A stretch of 64,000 bases of DNA from Felis catus. Its lineage: Eukaryota. Shown one piece after another: positions 63,300 to 64,000 of this stretch. The stretch lies in NCBI RefSeq assembly GCF_018350175.1, contig NC_058368.1, positions 16,122,001 through 16,186,000 on the forward strand, given 5' to 3'. The notes beneath the pieces were generated by a model. The model saw only the letters and a program-made list of their open reading frames with translations. It was not told where the DNA came from and searched no databases. Positions within the stretch are counted from its first letter, which is position 1, and each line of letters begins with the position of its first letter. The position numbers and the translations under genes were made by a program.

Positions 63300-63620
63300 A
63301 TGGGGAGAATGTTCTGGGAACAATGGATGGTTTAAGTTAACCAGATGACAGAGAATACAGTGGAGTAGTGAAAGTCAAGACTGGTGGTTAGGCTGGAAAC
63401 ACTGTTTGGAGAGCTTTAAATGTAACAGTGAAGATTCAAAATGTTATTGAGAAAGAAATTTTAAAAATATGGAGGATGTTTATGAATATACTAACTACAG
63501 CTTAGAAAGAGTAGAAGAGTTTGGATTAAGGAATGGAGAAGGAAAAACAGGAGATGGCTAAGAGACTATTTTAGCATTCTGGGATGGAGTACAATTGGGC
63601 CACTGATTATGGGAATACTA
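63300..63620 (-). mobile_element. L2 fragment
   Basis: Purine-rich degenerate antisense L2-like sequence. Confidence 0.5.
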
Positions 63621-64000
63621 CTTAGTGAGTCTTCTAGAAATGTTAAAGTTCTCACATATTATTTATTAAGCAGTGTGTTCAAGAAGAAATTGTTAATATG
63701 TCATTTTAAGGCAACCCTCTCATATTATCAGGAAGGCACCAAAGTTATACTACAACCAGAATTCTGGGTTTGCAGAGTTCTTCATGTGCTAGGCCTTTGC
63801 CATATTCTCCCTTCTTGTGGCTTATCTCTTGTTTCTTCTTGCTTGCTTCAAATCTATCTTGTATATTGACACCTTCAGTTTTCCTGGCCTTCGACCTCTG
63901 TGTTGTAAAATGTAAGTATTCTTATTCATATTTGGTGAGGCCAACAGATCAAGTGAAGGTTTTCATTTGAAAGATAGTTTATTACTCACAATTCATAAGA

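Noticed and set aside
1..64000. CRISPR array, operon or other novel multi-gene system
   Set aside because: Mammalian repeat-rich DNA; the recurring ~200-bp units are dispersed SINEs with individual TSDs, and there is no regular repeat-spacer array or long coding sequence

Overview
This is mammalian genomic DNA, almost certainly from a felid. It carries about 25 tRNA-derived CanSINEs, including near-consensus young SINEC_Fc-type copies, plus felid-type L1 3' ends. The window is AT-rich and CpG-poor, with a large share of interspersed repeats (old L1M, L2, MIR, MLT1/MLT2/MER74-like LTRs, a MER94-like hAT fragment) and microsatellites. I recognise no protein-coding gene. The ORFs in the supplied track look like chance ORFs or SINE/L1/L2/microsatellite read-throughs, so the window is most likely a large intron or intergenic DNA. 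I cannot support a new multi-gene biological system here. The most interesting signals visible in the sequence are: (1) a truncated L1 with a 3' transduction; (2) a 50-bp TSD-flanked insertion that looks like the retroposed extreme 3' end of a cellular mRNA; (3) two ~98% identical young SINEs in close inverted orientation; (4) a triple-nested retroinsertion; (5) a dense EGR/SP-KLF/NF-kB motif module; (6) a candidate frame-preserving 15-nt microexon. Repeat subfamily names come from recalled consensus similarity, not from a database search, and boundaries of old repeats are approximate.
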